From the NCBI GenBank assembly GCA_963926355.1, contig CAWUWW010000001.1, forward strand, positions 247,739 to 311,738: a DNA stretch of 64,000 nucleotides, in the 5' to 3' direction. Of the stretch, positions 19,861 through 28,810 are shown in pieces; the first letter of the stretch is position 1, and each line of letters opens with the position of its first letter. Made by a program: the position numbers and the translations under genes. Source of the DNA: an uncultured SAR86 cluster bacterium (GTDB taxonomy: Bacteria; Pseudomonadota; Gammaproteobacteria; Magnimaribacterales; D2472). Under the pieces are notes generated by a model. That model saw only the letters and a program-made list of their open reading frames with translations. It was not told where the DNA came from and did not search any database.

Positions 19861-20292
19861 ATGAATATTCTTGCAATTGATAGTTCGGGTGATCAGACCT
19901 CTGTCTGTGTAATCCTCAATGAGGATATAGTTTCCTTTTCTAGTAAGCACAAAAGAAAAGAAAGACCAGATTGGAATCAGCTTCTTATCAATATAGGGCA
20001 TAAAAAAATATTCTTATTAGATGATATTGATTTGTTTGCTTATGCCAATTCATCCAATTCTTATACAGCGACTAGAAGCGTTGCGACTTATTTAAAAGCT
20101 GTAACTATTGCTTTAGCCAAGCCTCTAATAGCAGTTCTTCCAGAGGAGAAGGAAGGAGTTCATGCAGATAAGATTGCAATGGTTGCAAAGCAGAAGTTTA
20201 TAGACTCAGGCCATAACCCCAAGATTTTTAACCCGGATGAGGCTAACCCGCTGTATGCCATCGATACTCAATATAAAAAGATAAATGAGTGA
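19861..20292 (+). CDS. miniaturised TsaB (YeaZ)-like protein
   Basis: NILAIDSSGDQTSVCV aligns with the TsaB N-terminus, DIDLFAYANSSNSYTATRSVATYLKAVTIALAKPLIAV aligns with the GPGSFTG helix region, and ANPLYAI aligns with the C-terminal PVYLR. It is only 143-144 aa against about 230. Confidence 0.55.
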   Translation: MNILAIDSSGDQTSVCVILNEDIVSFSSKHKRKERPDWNQLLINIGHKKIFLLDDIDLFAYANSSNSYTATRSVATYLKAVTIALAKPLIAVLPEEKEGVHADKIAMVAKQKFIDSGHNPKIFNPDEANPLYAIDTQYKKINE

Positions 20293-21076
20293 GTTTTTAT
20301 TAAGTTTAATTTTAGGCCTTATACAGGGGCTTACAGAGTTCTTGCCAGTGTCAAGTTCGGCACATTTATTATTTCCTACTTTAATTTTTGGATCTGATGA
20401 TTTGGGTTTACCTTTCGATATCGCCGTTCATGCAGGAACTCTCGTTGCTGTTATATTTTTCTTCCGTTCAGATTTAATTAATATGACAAAATCTTTTTTT
20501 GTAAAAAGTGATTTGCTCTCAAGCCACAAACGATTAGCTCTTTTACTTATTCTCTCAACAATCCCAGTAGTTATAGTTGGATTTTTTGCATCTGATCTTA
20601 TAGGTCAAAGGATTTTTAGCATACAAAGTATTGCTTGGATGAATCTTATTTTTGCTTTTTTGTTATTACTAGCTTACAAACTAAATACGCACAGCAAGCA
20701 ATTAGTTGCTTTAACTATTACTGGGGCGTTATTTATAGGCTGCTTTCAGGTTTTTGCATTACTTCCAGGCGCTTCAAGGTCAGGTACGGCTATTACTGCA
20801 GCTCTATTTATTGGCTTAAGTTTAAAAGATGCATCAAAATTTTCTTTTATGCTTGGGATCCCTACAATCTTAGGAGCTTTAGTATTCTTACTTCTAGATC
20901 TTGTTAATTCTGATATCAATCTAAATATCCTTTCATTAATTACTGGCTTTCTTATCTCAATGTTTTTTGCATTCTTCACTATTAAGTATTTTTTACTTTT
21001 TGCTGAAAGGATAGGTATGTATCCTTTTGTTATATATAGGCTTGGATTAGGCGCTGTTTTATTATTGCTTATATGA
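20285..21076 (+). CDS. uppP: undecaprenyl-diphosphatase
   Basis: GLTEFLPVSSSAHL and PGASRSG motifs with 8 TM segments. Confidence 0.9.
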   Translation: MSEFLLSLILGLIQGLTEFLPVSSSAHLLFPTLIFGSDDLGLPFDIAVHAGTLVAVIFFFRSDLINMTKSFFVKSDLLSSHKRLALLLILSTIPVVIVGFFASDLIGQRIFSIQSIAWMNLIFAFLLLLAYKLNTHSKQLVALTITGALFIGCFQVFALLPGASRSGTAITAALFIGLSLKDASKFSFMLGIPTILGALVFLLLDLVNSDINLNILSLITGFLISMFFAFFTIKYFLLFAERIGMYPFVIYRLGLGAVLLLLI

Positions 21077-21807
21077 GCATTGATCTTTTTATCAGTGAAC
21101 CATGTCAGATTGATGGCCTTGAAAATATATTAAAAAAATACAATCTTAAGATGGTTAATGACCAGCCATCTCAAGGGCCTTTTGTGGGTTTCGGTGAAAA
21201 AGGCTTTTATTTTGTTGAGGATGCATCAAATCTTCTAAATATCCTTCATATAGATTTTCTTTCAGGTTCAATGGGCTGGAGATTGAAAAGATCTGATCAT
21301 GAAACTCTTTTAAAGAAAACGCTTGGCAAGTCAAAGGGTGCTTTAACAATATTTGATGGAACGGCTGGCTTACTTTCTGACTCTATAATTTTCTTATCTC
21401 TTGGTCATAGTGTTGTGGCTTGTGAGCAAAGTAAAATTCTTCATTTATTAGTTCAAGATGCATGCAAAAGAGCAGAGTCCGACCTTCCATTCCTTAAAAA
21501 CCTGACTTTTATAAATGGCGACTCATTAGAGGCATATAAAGAGTACTCTGATATTGACGTTGTATATCTTGATCCTCTTTATCCAGAAATTAAAAAAAAT
21601 ATCTTGAGATCGGGTGATATAAATTATATAAGAGGGTTGTTAGATCTAGAGAGCATTGATGATAGGGCAGACTTCTTATTTGATGAGTTTAAAAAATTAA
21701 ACTGTAAAAAAATTATATTAAAAAGACCAATAAAGGCTGATAAATTAGATAAAAATATTAATTATCAGGTTAAGGGCAAATCAACGAGGTTTGATATTTA
21801 TTTATAA
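21073..21807 (+). CDS. rsmJ: 16S rRNA m2G1516 methyltransferase RsmJ-like
   Basis: DGTAGLLSDS, VVYLDPLYP and the C-terminal KGKSTRFDIY align with E. coli RsmJ (DATAGLGRDA, VVYLDPMFP, KGHRFDIY). Confidence 0.8.
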   Translation: MSIDLFISEPCQIDGLENILKKYNLKMVNDQPSQGPFVGFGEKGFYFVEDASNLLNILHIDFLSGSMGWRLKRSDHETLLKKTLGKSKGALTIFDGTAGLLSDSIIFLSLGHSVVACEQSKILHLLVQDACKRAESDLPFLKNLTFINGDSLEAYKEYSDIDVVYLDPLYPEIKKNILRSGDINYIRGLLDLESIDDRADFLFDEFKKLNCKKIILKRPIKADKLDKNINYQVKGKSTRFDIYL

Positions 21808-21815
21808 AAAATCAC

Positions 21816-22727
21816 TTAAAGTTTTTTTGCTTGTTCAAAAGCTTTTATTATTAAATCTTTCATCCAAATATGACCGCCGTCGCCTTCATCACTTTTATGC
21901 CAAACAAGAAAATATTCCATTGAAGGTATCTCTGCAGGAATCTCAATATAAGGAAGTCCATGGCTTTTTGCAAAACTTCTAGTAACCATTATCACCAAAT
22001 CAGTTGATCTTATAATCGTTGGAGCTATTAAGAAATGCTGACATCTTAGAGCTACCTCTCTTCTGTAACCAATCTTCTCAAGCTCTATATCAATTAAATG
22101 AAGGCCTCTTTTTCTAGCTGACACATTTAAATGTCTTTGCGCAAGAATATCATTGATAGTTACATCTTCTATTTTAGAAAGAGGATGGCCGTCTCTATGA
22201 GCTACAACAAAGTCATCTTCAAATACCTTATAGGAGTTAATTTCATCAGAGACTGGAATAATAGGATCAACAACAAAATCTAAATTATTAGTAGAAAGTG
22301 CGTGGACTTGCTCCCCTCTGTTATATCCATAACTTCCAACTGATATATTAGGAGCATTTTTATAAACCTCTTGCATGAGATAAGGAAGAACTCTTCCTTC
22401 AGAGATATCACCTAAAGATAATTTAAAGTTTCTATTTGATATTTTTGAGTTAAAAGTATCTGGCTCATTAACACTTTGCTGCATTAATGCCAAAGCTCCT
22501 TGGATATCAATGATTATATTTTCAGTTTTTTGAGTTGGAACCATCCCAGAACCAGTTCTAATAAAAAGATCATCATTAAACTTCTCTCTTAACCTGGAAA
22601 GTGCGTTACTTACAGCTGGCTGTGTAATTCCAACAACATGAGCTGCTTTTGTTAGGCTTCCTTCGGTATAGATAGCATTAAGTATTACAAATAAATTTAA
22701 ATCAAAAGAACTAATTTTCATATTCAA
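21816..22727 (-). CDS. LysR-family transcriptional regulator
   Basis: N-terminal HTH (FVILNAIYTEGSLTKAAHVVGITQPAVSNALSRLRE) and a substrate-binding C-domain. It is divergent from the acyl-CoA dehydrogenase gene. Confidence 0.9.
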   Translation of the reverse strand: MNMKISSFDLNLFVILNAIYTEGSLTKAAHVVGITQPAVSNALSRLREKFNDDLFIRTGSGMVPTQKTENIIIDIQGALALMQQSVNEPDTFNSKISNRNFKLSLGDISEGRVLPYLMQEVYKNAPNISVGSYGYNRGEQVHALSTNNLDFVVDPIIPVSDEINSYKVFEDDFVVAHRDGHPLSKIEDVTINDILAQRHLNVSARKRGLHLIDIELEKIGYRREVALRCQHFLIAPTIIRSTDLVIMVTRSFAKSHGLPYIEIPAEIPSMEYFLVWHKSDEGDGGHIWMKDLIIKAFEQAKKL

Positions 22728-22794
22728 AACCTCTTATGCAAAATATCACAACATCTACGCATTTTTAATATAGATTTGTTAGTGACATAGAGCT

Positions 22795-22823
22795 ATTATA
22801 AACGTAAGTAATAATAGCATTAT
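22795..22823. promoter_or_regulatory. candidate LysR-type operator (T-N11-A palindromes)
   Basis: ATTAT-N11-ATAAT (22795-22815) overlaps ATAAT-AGC-ATTAT (22811-22823) in the divergent LysR/ACAD spacer. Confidence 0.3.
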
Positions 22824-22872
22824 TCATGGAACTTATAATAGTTTCTTAGACATCAATATAAAGGGGAAAAAA

Positions 22873-24120
22873 ATGATAGCTGAAGTAAGACCGGTTGCAC
22901 AAGATTTAATACAAAGGGTTAAAGATTTTATCCAAAAAGAAGTAGCTCATAATGAGGACTTATACCACGAACAATCTAAAGATGAGAATGGGGTATGGAC
23001 AATTCCCCCTATTATGGAAGAAATGAAAGCCAAAGCCAAGGCTGCTGGTCTTTGGAATCTTTTTTTACCAGAAAGTAAAAATGGAGCTGGATTAACTAAC
23101 TACGAATATGCTCATTTAGCTGAAATAATGGGTGCATACGGCATAGCATCTGAAGTATTCAATTGCTCTGCACCTGATACAGGTAATATGGAAGTTTTAG
23201 AAAGATATGGTAACGAAGAGCATAAAGAAATGTATCTTAAACCATTATTAAATGGAGATATTCGTTCAGCATTTGCAATGACTGAGCCAGGCGTAGCCTC
23301 TTCAGATGCTACTAATATAGCTTCTTCAGCTGTGCTTGATGGTGATGAGTATGTTATCAACGGCGAAAAATGGTGGACTTCAGGTGCTGGAGATCCAAGA
23401 TGTAAAATCTTAATTTTTATGTGCGTAACAAACCCTGATAACGGTAGACACCAACGTCAGTCTCAGATTTTAGTACCAATGGATGCTGAGGGTATAGAAA
23501 TACAAAAAATGATGCATGTGTTTGGATATGACGATGCGCCTCATGGACATGGACATATTAAATTTACAAATGTAAGAGTTCCAAAAGAAAATCTTCTTCT
23601 AGGAGAGGGAAGGGGCTTTGAGATCGCTCAAGGAAGACTGGGACCAGGAAGAATTCATCATTGTATGAGAGCAATTGGGCTTGCAGAGAGAGTTCTTGAA
23701 ATGATGTGTAAACATGGGATGCAAAAAACTGCTTTTGGAAAACCAATAATTCAACTTGGTGGAAACATGGATATTATTGCAAATTCACGAATTGAAATTG
23801 ACCAAGCAAGACTGTTAACTTTAAAAGCTGCCCATATGATGGATACAGTTGGTAATAAAGTTGCTGCTAGTGAAATTGCACAAATTAAGGTTGTAGCTCC
23901 AAATGTTTGCTGCGATGTTATTGATAGAGCTATTCAAATGCACGGTGGAGCTGGAGTTTCTCAGGTATATCCTCTTGCACAGATGTATGCTCACATGAGA
24001 ACTCTTAGACTGGCTGATGGTCCTGATGAAGTTCACAGAAGAGCCGTTGCAAGACATGAGCTTGGAAAATATATGGTCAAAGACTCTTCAGTAGAATCTT
24101 CTCACATCGCTAGAAGTTAA
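22873..24120 (+). CDS. acyl-CoA dehydrogenase
   Basis: 415 aa with the ACAD middle domain ([16 protein letters not shown]) and a C-terminal helical domain (QMHGGAG). Confidence 0.9.
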   Translation: MIAEVRPVAQDLIQRVKDFIQKEVAHNEDLYHEQSKDENGVWTIPPIMEEMKAKAKAAGLWNLFLPESKNGAGLTNYEYAHLAEIMGAYGIASEVFNCSAPDTGNMEVLERYGNEEHKEMYLKPLLNGDIRSAFAMTEPGVASSDATNIASSAVLDGDEYVINGEKWWTSGAGDPRCKILIFMCVTNPDNGRHQRQSQILVPMDAEGIEIQKMMHVFGYDDAPHGHGHIKFTNVRVPKENLLLGEGRGFEIAQGRLGPGRIHHCMRAIGLAERVLEMMCKHGMQKTAFGKPIIQLGGNMDIIANSRIEIDQARLLTLKAAHMMDTVGNKVAASEIAQIKVVAPNVCCDVIDRAIQMHGGAGVSQVYPLAQMYAHMRTLRLADGPDEVHRRAVARHELGKYMVKDSSVESSHIARS

Positions 24121-24129
24121 ATTACATAG

Positions 24130-25539
24130 GTGTCAAACAATAATAATTTAATATTCTACGATACTGAAACGACTGGGATACAGAGAGATTTCAGTCAGAT
24201 CCTTCAATGTGGTTCAGTTCTTACTGATGGAAATCTTAATGCTCTTGGAGAGCAGAATATTAGCTGTGCTCCATTGCCTTGGGTTATTCCAGCGCCCAGA
24301 GCTATGCTAACAAATAAAAAGATAGATCTTTTTAATTCCAACGTTTCTCATTATCAAATGATGAAAGATTTGCAGATGCAGTGGAAGCAATGGTCTGCTA
24401 GAAATCCTGCAATTTTTGTTTCTTATAATGGCCATGCTTTTGATGAGGAGTTGGTTAGAAGACAGTTCTTTTGGAATTTATTAGAGCCCTACACCACCAA
24501 TACCAATGGAAATGGAAGATTGGATCTAATGCTAATGATTCATAATATTGCTGCATTCTTTTCAGATGAAATATCAATGCCTCTTTTTGAAGGCGGTCCA
24601 GGAATTAGTTATAAGCTAGAACACTTAGCCTTAGAGCATGGAATTGATGCTGGCGATGCTCATGATGCGATCGCTGACTGCAACTTGATGATAGAAATGT
24701 GTAAAATTATTAATGAAAAACTTCCTGAAGTTTTCCAATCATTTATAGATATTTCTACAAAGCCTGGAGTTAAAAACCTCCTGTATTCTGATGATTTTCT
24801 AGCACTGGGTGAAATTCATAGAAGGCATACCTTTAGATATCCTGTTGTTATTTGTGGCGGAGATGCTTCTAGACCAAATGAGATAGTATTCTATGATTTA
24901 AGCTATGACCCGGATGATATTTTAGACTTAGATTTTACAGAAATTAATAAATTGGTAAAAGCAAAAGGCAGAGATGGACCTTTAAAGAAATATAAAATTA
25001 ATAAAACTATTCCAATTTGCTCTCATAAGTTGCTTAATAATCCAGATGCTTTTGATATTGAATTCTCTGAACTTCAGAGAAGGGCAGATATAGTGCGCTC
25101 AAATAAAGATTTTCAAGCAAAGGTATCTCAAGCCATGGAAGATAGGATGATGGATTTTCCTGAATCCGAGTTTATTGAAGGAACTATTTACTCAGGCGGC
25201 TTTCCATCCAATAGAGATAAGGACTTGATGCAAGAATTTCACATGTCAGATGATCCAGAGCATTTAATTAAAATTTCTAGAAACTTCGATGATGACAGAA
25301 TGCGATTATTTGCTGAAAGGATTATTTGTTACCAGTATCCAGGCAATCTACCAGAAGATATATCATCAAGATATCAAGACTTAATTGATGAAAGATCAAA
25401 TACCGAGGGTTTATGGGGTTCTGTAGATAAGTCATTAGCTGAAATTGATAAGTTACTTGATGAAATGGATGGCGCCGAAGAGCAGAATATCCTTAAAGCT
25501 ACAAAGCAAAAGATTGAATCAATGAAAGGGTTGTCTTAA
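24130..25539 (+). CDS. sbcB: exodeoxyribonuclease I
   Basis: DEDDh motifs FYDTETTG, YNGHAFDEE and HDAIADC, with an ExoI-specific C-terminal domain. GTG start. Confidence 0.9.
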   Translation: MSNNNNLIFYDTETTGIQRDFSQILQCGSVLTDGNLNALGEQNISCAPLPWVIPAPRAMLTNKKIDLFNSNVSHYQMMKDLQMQWKQWSARNPAIFVSYNGHAFDEELVRRQFFWNLLEPYTTNTNGNGRLDLMLMIHNIAAFFSDEISMPLFEGGPGISYKLEHLALEHGIDAGDAHDAIADCNLMIEMCKIINEKLPEVFQSFIDISTKPGVKNLLYSDDFLALGEIHRRHTFRYPVVICGGDASRPNEIVFYDLSYDPDDILDLDFTEINKLVKAKGRDGPLKKYKINKTIPICSHKLLNNPDAFDIEFSELQRRADIVRSNKDFQAKVSQAMEDRMMDFPESEFIEGTIYSGGFPSNRDKDLMQEFHMSDDPEHLIKISRNFDDDRMRLFAERIICYQYPGNLPEDISSRYQDLIDERSNTEGLWGSVDKSLAEIDKLLDEMDGAEEQNILKATKQKIESMKGLS

Positions 25540-25548
25540 AAGAAAAAA

Positions 25549-25572
25549 TGGAGAGCCTAAGCTCTCCATTTA
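25549..25572 (+). terminator. intrinsic terminator after sbcB
   Basis: TGGAGAGC-CTAA-GCTCTCCA hairpin followed by TTT. Confidence 0.5.
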
Positions 25573-25588
25573 AGTAGTCAGCAAAATC

Positions 25589-25650
25589 AAATAGGGGGGA
25601 GAGGATGCTGACTGAATCATCATTATATATATTTATAAAGCATTATCAAT
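25589..25650. repeat. intergenic module, copy A (AAATAGGGGGG ... ATCATTATATATATTTATAA ... TATCAAT)
   Basis: Shares an identical 20-mer (25619-25638 = 28669-28688), a G-run motif and a TATCAAT at identical offset with copy B. Confidence 0.5.
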
Positions 25651-25763
25651 ACCCTTTATAGTACTTTATCTCTTATCAACCTAATAAAATATATATATTT
25701 CTTAGATATGGTTATTGGATATCACCCCTTATTAAAAATTCTGTATAATACTTTTTCTTTTAT

Positions 25764-25842
25764 AGACCCGTAGCTCAGTTTTGGTTAGAGCGCCGCATTG
25801 ACATTGCGGAGGTCGATGGTTCGAGTCCATTCGGGTCTACCA
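25764..25842 (+). tRNA. tRNA-Val (anticodon GAC)
   Basis: The cloverleaf folds by hand: acceptor AGACCCG/CGGGTCT, anticodon stem CCGCA/TGCGG with loop TTGACAT, T-arm GATGG-TTCGAGT-CCATT, encoded CCA. An extended -10 TGTATAAT lies at 25742-25749. Confidence 0.9.
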
Positions 25843-26000
25843 CATACTAATCACTAAACTAATGTATTGATAAGTGCTGTGAACTAAATAGTTAAGATAA
25901 TGGTAAACTGCTTTCAGGTCTATTTTGATAGGCTTTCTAAGGCTCTCTACTGCTGGTATTGAGCCCTAGATTTCTATAAATACATTTAATTTAGTAGAGT

Positions 26001-26765
26001 ATGACAATAATTAAAGCATCTAACCTTGTTAAAACTTACAAGGACCCAGATAACTCGTTAAAACTATTTAATGCAGTTGATGGAATATCTTTATCTATTA
26101 ATTCTGGAGAAATTTACGGAATTTTAGGGCCTAATGGCGCCGGTAAAACCACTACATTAGAAATGTTAGAAGGTTTAAAGGATATAGATAATGGTTCAGC
26201 TTTTATTAATTCAATTAATGTTAAAGACCGCCCTTACGAAGTAAAGAAAATTATTGGAGTCCAGCTTCAAGCAAATGAATATTTTGATAATATGACATTG
26301 TCTGAACTACTTAATCTATTTAGTGCCTTGTATGGTTTAAGCAATGACCCGCTTGAACTTCTTAAGAAAGTTAATTTAGAAGACAAGGCTAATGCGAGTG
26401 CGAATGAACTTTCTGGCGGTCAAAAGCAAAGATTCTCTATTGCCTGTGCGCTCGTTAATAATCCATTAGTATTATTTCTAGATGAGCCCACTACAGGATT
26501 GGACCCCCAAGCTAAAAGGAGCCTATGGGATCTTGTATTAGATTTAAATAAAAATGGCATGACTATAGTATTGACTACCCATAACATGGAGGAGGCTCAA
26601 ACTCTATGCCAGAGGATAGCTATTATGGATTATGGAAAAATCATCGCTGAAGATACCCCTCAAAACTTAATTTTAAAACATGCTCCAGATAAAGGGCGAG
26701 AAGTTATTCACGGCAATATGGAAGATGTCTTTATAGCTTTAACTGGACATGGGCTCAGGGATTAA
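26001..26765 (+). CDS. ABC transporter ATP-binding protein (ABC-2 exporter type)
   Basis: Walker A GPNGAGKTT, signature LSGGQKQR and Walker B LLFLDEPT. Confidence 0.9.
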   Translation: MTIIKASNLVKTYKDPDNSLKLFNAVDGISLSINSGEIYGILGPNGAGKTTTLEMLEGLKDIDNGSAFINSINVKDRPYEVKKIIGVQLQANEYFDNMTLSELLNLFSALYGLSNDPLELLKKVNLEDKANASANELSGGQKQRFSIACALVNNPLVLFLDEPTTGLDPQAKRSLWDLVLDLNKNGMTIVLTTHNMEEAQTLCQRIAIMDYGKIIAEDTPQNLILKHAPDKGREVIHGNMEDVFIALTGHGLRD

Positions 26766-26766
26766 T

Positions 26767-27855
26767 ATGCTTACCAAGCCCCAGGCCTACCTAACAAAAG
26801 TTTTTATTCAGATTTTTCTAAGAAATAAGCAATATATTCTCCTTAGCCTCGTTCTACCTATTGTTATTTTATCAATAGTTGGGCTTAATGATGGTGAAAG
26901 CGATCCTATCGATATTGGGTTAATTAGTAACTCTAAATCAAATTTATCTGAAAAATTTATTGATCAATTAACTTCTAATAATTTATTTAATGTTATTCAA
27001 GGCAGTGAAGAGTCTTTACGTGAAGACTTAATCAATGGCAATTTAATGGTCGTATTAATTATCCCTAGTGATATGAATGATCAAATAAAAACTACTAATA
27101 TCAAACTTTTAGTTGATAAATCCCAAGCTCAATTTGTTCAGACCATTCAACCCGTTATAAATCAATCTTTGCTGTCTGTTGAGCGAGATATTACTGCTAA
27201 TGTACCCATGTTTAATTTGGTTATAGAAGACGTAAAATCAAGGTCTTTAAGCTATATCGACTTCCTATTGCCGGGCATTATGGCTTTCATGTTAATGAAT
27301 TTAAGCATTGCGGGAAGTGGTTTTAATGTAGTTGAGTTCAGGAGAAGGGGTATTCTTAAGCGTTTATTTGTAACTCCAATTAAACCTATAGATTTTGTTA
27401 TAGCTATTGTTATAGCTAGGATGGTAATTGTATTGGGTCAACTTAGTGCTATCTTTAGTTTTGCTTTAATAGTGCTTGATGCAAATATAGTCGGCAATAT
27501 TTTTAGTTTATATCTAGTAATAATATCCGGAGTTATTATGTTTTTAACCTTGGGTTTTTCTATAGGTAGTCTAGCTAAAACACAAGAAAGTGTGGGAATT
27601 CTGGCTACTATATTTATATATCCGCAGCTTGTTTTGTCCGGCGTATTCTTTCCTTTAGAAACCTTACCAGAATACATACAACCTTTTGCTGAATTACTGC
27701 CATTAAGCTTGGTTGCTGATGGAATGAGGTCGATTGCCAGTGATGGCATGCAGTTAATAGACGTCTATTCAAACTTTATAGGAATAGGGGTATGGATTCT
27801 TATTGGAACGCTTATCTCAACGAAGTTATTTGTTTGGAAAGAAGTGGCAGGTTAA
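26767..27855 (+). CDS. ABC-2 family transporter permease
   Basis: An N-terminal TM and large loop precede 5 C-terminal TM segments. It is coupled to the ATPase gene. The ATG at 26767 is preferred. Confidence 0.85.
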   Translation: MLTKPQAYLTKVFIQIFLRNKQYILLSLVLPIVILSIVGLNDGESDPIDIGLISNSKSNLSEKFIDQLTSNNLFNVIQGSEESLREDLINGNLMVVLIIPSDMNDQIKTTNIKLLVDKSQAQFVQTIQPVINQSLLSVERDITANVPMFNLVIEDVKSRSLSYIDFLLPGIMAFMLMNLSIAGSGFNVVEFRRRGILKRLFVTPIKPIDFVIAIVIARMVIVLGQLSAIFSFALIVLDANIVGNIFSLYLVIISGVIMFLTLGFSIGSLAKTQESVGILATIFIYPQLVLSGVFFPLETLPEYIQPFAELLPLSLVADGMRSIASDGMQLIDVYSNFIGIGVWILIGTLISTKLFVWKEVAG

Positions 27856-27876
27856 TAATTGTAGAAATCCTCTACT

Positions 27877-28311
27877 TTATAACCTACTAATATAAGAATC
27901 TAATCTATCTTTATTCATTACAAAGGAAGCTTTTATTTTTTCAGCCTTAGATTTAATTTGTTCAATGTTTAGAACACCATCACCAACTTTTATTAATCCA
28001 ACCATAGCCATCATCGAATGAGGTGTGCACTGGTATCCATATATTCCAGGTGTATCAAAGGTAACTGTAATATCTCTACTAAGTTCTCCACTCCATGAGT
28101 TTGCGCCCTCTGGAGTCATTCCAGAGATAGATGCTGAGTTATGAGCTGGATCGGTTGCCTGAAATGTAACTGTATCACCAACTGCAATATGAAGAACAGC
28201 TGGCTCAAATACCATATAACCTTCTTCGCCCTGATTAAGCATCTTAACTAGATGAGATGATGCCATTACATTGATATTAAATACCAGAAGCGCTAATAAA
28301 AATTTATTCAT
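27877..28311 (-). CDS. pseudoazurin (type 1 blue copper protein)
   Basis: Signal peptide. It aligns along its length with pseudoazurins (MLNQGEEGYMVFEPA, GDTVTF). The Cu ligands are H in DPAHN and C-T-P-H-x4-M in YQCTPHSMMAM. Confidence 0.9.
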   Translation of the reverse strand: MNKFLLALLVFNINVMASSHLVKMLNQGEEGYMVFEPAVLHIAVGDTVTFQATDPAHNSASISGMTPEGANSWSGELSRDITVTFDTPGIYGYQCTPHSMMAMVGLIKVGDGVLNIEQIKSKAEKIKASFVMNKDRLDSYISRL

Positions 28312-28463
28312 AAAAAAGTTCCTGTAAATATAATTAATAAAGTCACTATGCCAAGAAAGGAAAAACCTAAAATGATAGCTACACCTAAAATCCTAAATGG
28401 AGAGGGGTTGAAATTTGAATCAGCCTCTCCAACTCCAATAAGCAGTTTTAAAATCCTAACCAA
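28308..28463 (-). CDS. candidate 51-aa membrane peptide (not in ORF track)
   Basis: TTG start. The product (LVRILKLLIGVGEADSNFNPSPFRILGVAIILGFSFLGIVTLLIIFTGTFL) ends in a TGA overlapping the pseudoazurin ATG (ATGA). Confidence 0.3.
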   Translation of the reverse strand: MVRILKLLIGVGEADSNFNPSPFRILGVAIILGFSFLGIVTLLIIFTGTFL

Positions 28464-28638
28464 AAAATAATCCAGTCAATGCCATAGATCCAAGCATGGT
28501 TGCAAGAACAATAATTTGGATAAGAGCAGGTATTACAACAAACATTACCAGCGGATCAAATTTCATTCCTATGAAAAAATCATTGTTATTCCATTCAATT
28601 GCTTCTTCAGGGGTTGCTTCTCTAACATTAATGTTCAT
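28456..28638 (-). CDS. small membrane protein (60 aa), hypothetical
   Basis: A GGAG lies 5 nt upstream of the ATG. It has one or two TM segments and is the first gene of the minus-strand run ending in pseudoazurin. Confidence 0.45.
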   Translation of the reverse strand: MNINVREATPEEAIEWNNNDFFIGMKFDPLVMFVVIPALIQIIVLATMLGSMALTGLFFG

Positions 28639-28648
28639 TTTTGCTCCA

Positions 28649-28700
28649 AAATAAGGGGGTATAAAGGAATCATTATATATATTTATAATTAGATATCAAT
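28649..28700. repeat. intergenic module, copy B
   Basis: AAATAAGGGGG (28649-28659), ATCATTATATATATTTATAA (28669-28688) and TATCAAT (28694-28700). See copy A. Confidence 0.5.
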
Positions 28701-28810
28701 TATTTATATAATAGATTTTTTTATACCATAAAGTAATTAATTTACATAAATTGTTTGCGTTACATTAATAACAATTTAATATGCTAAATATATATATTTT
28801 TTACTAAAAC

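Noticed and set aside
25764-28700. tRNA-Val-associated genomic island, and likewise an island inserted at tRNA-Glu (51511 onward)
   Set aside because: There is no integrase, recombinase or transposase anywhere in the window. I could not find a duplicated copy of either tRNA 3' end downstream. The repeats are kept only as low-to-moderate-interest findings.
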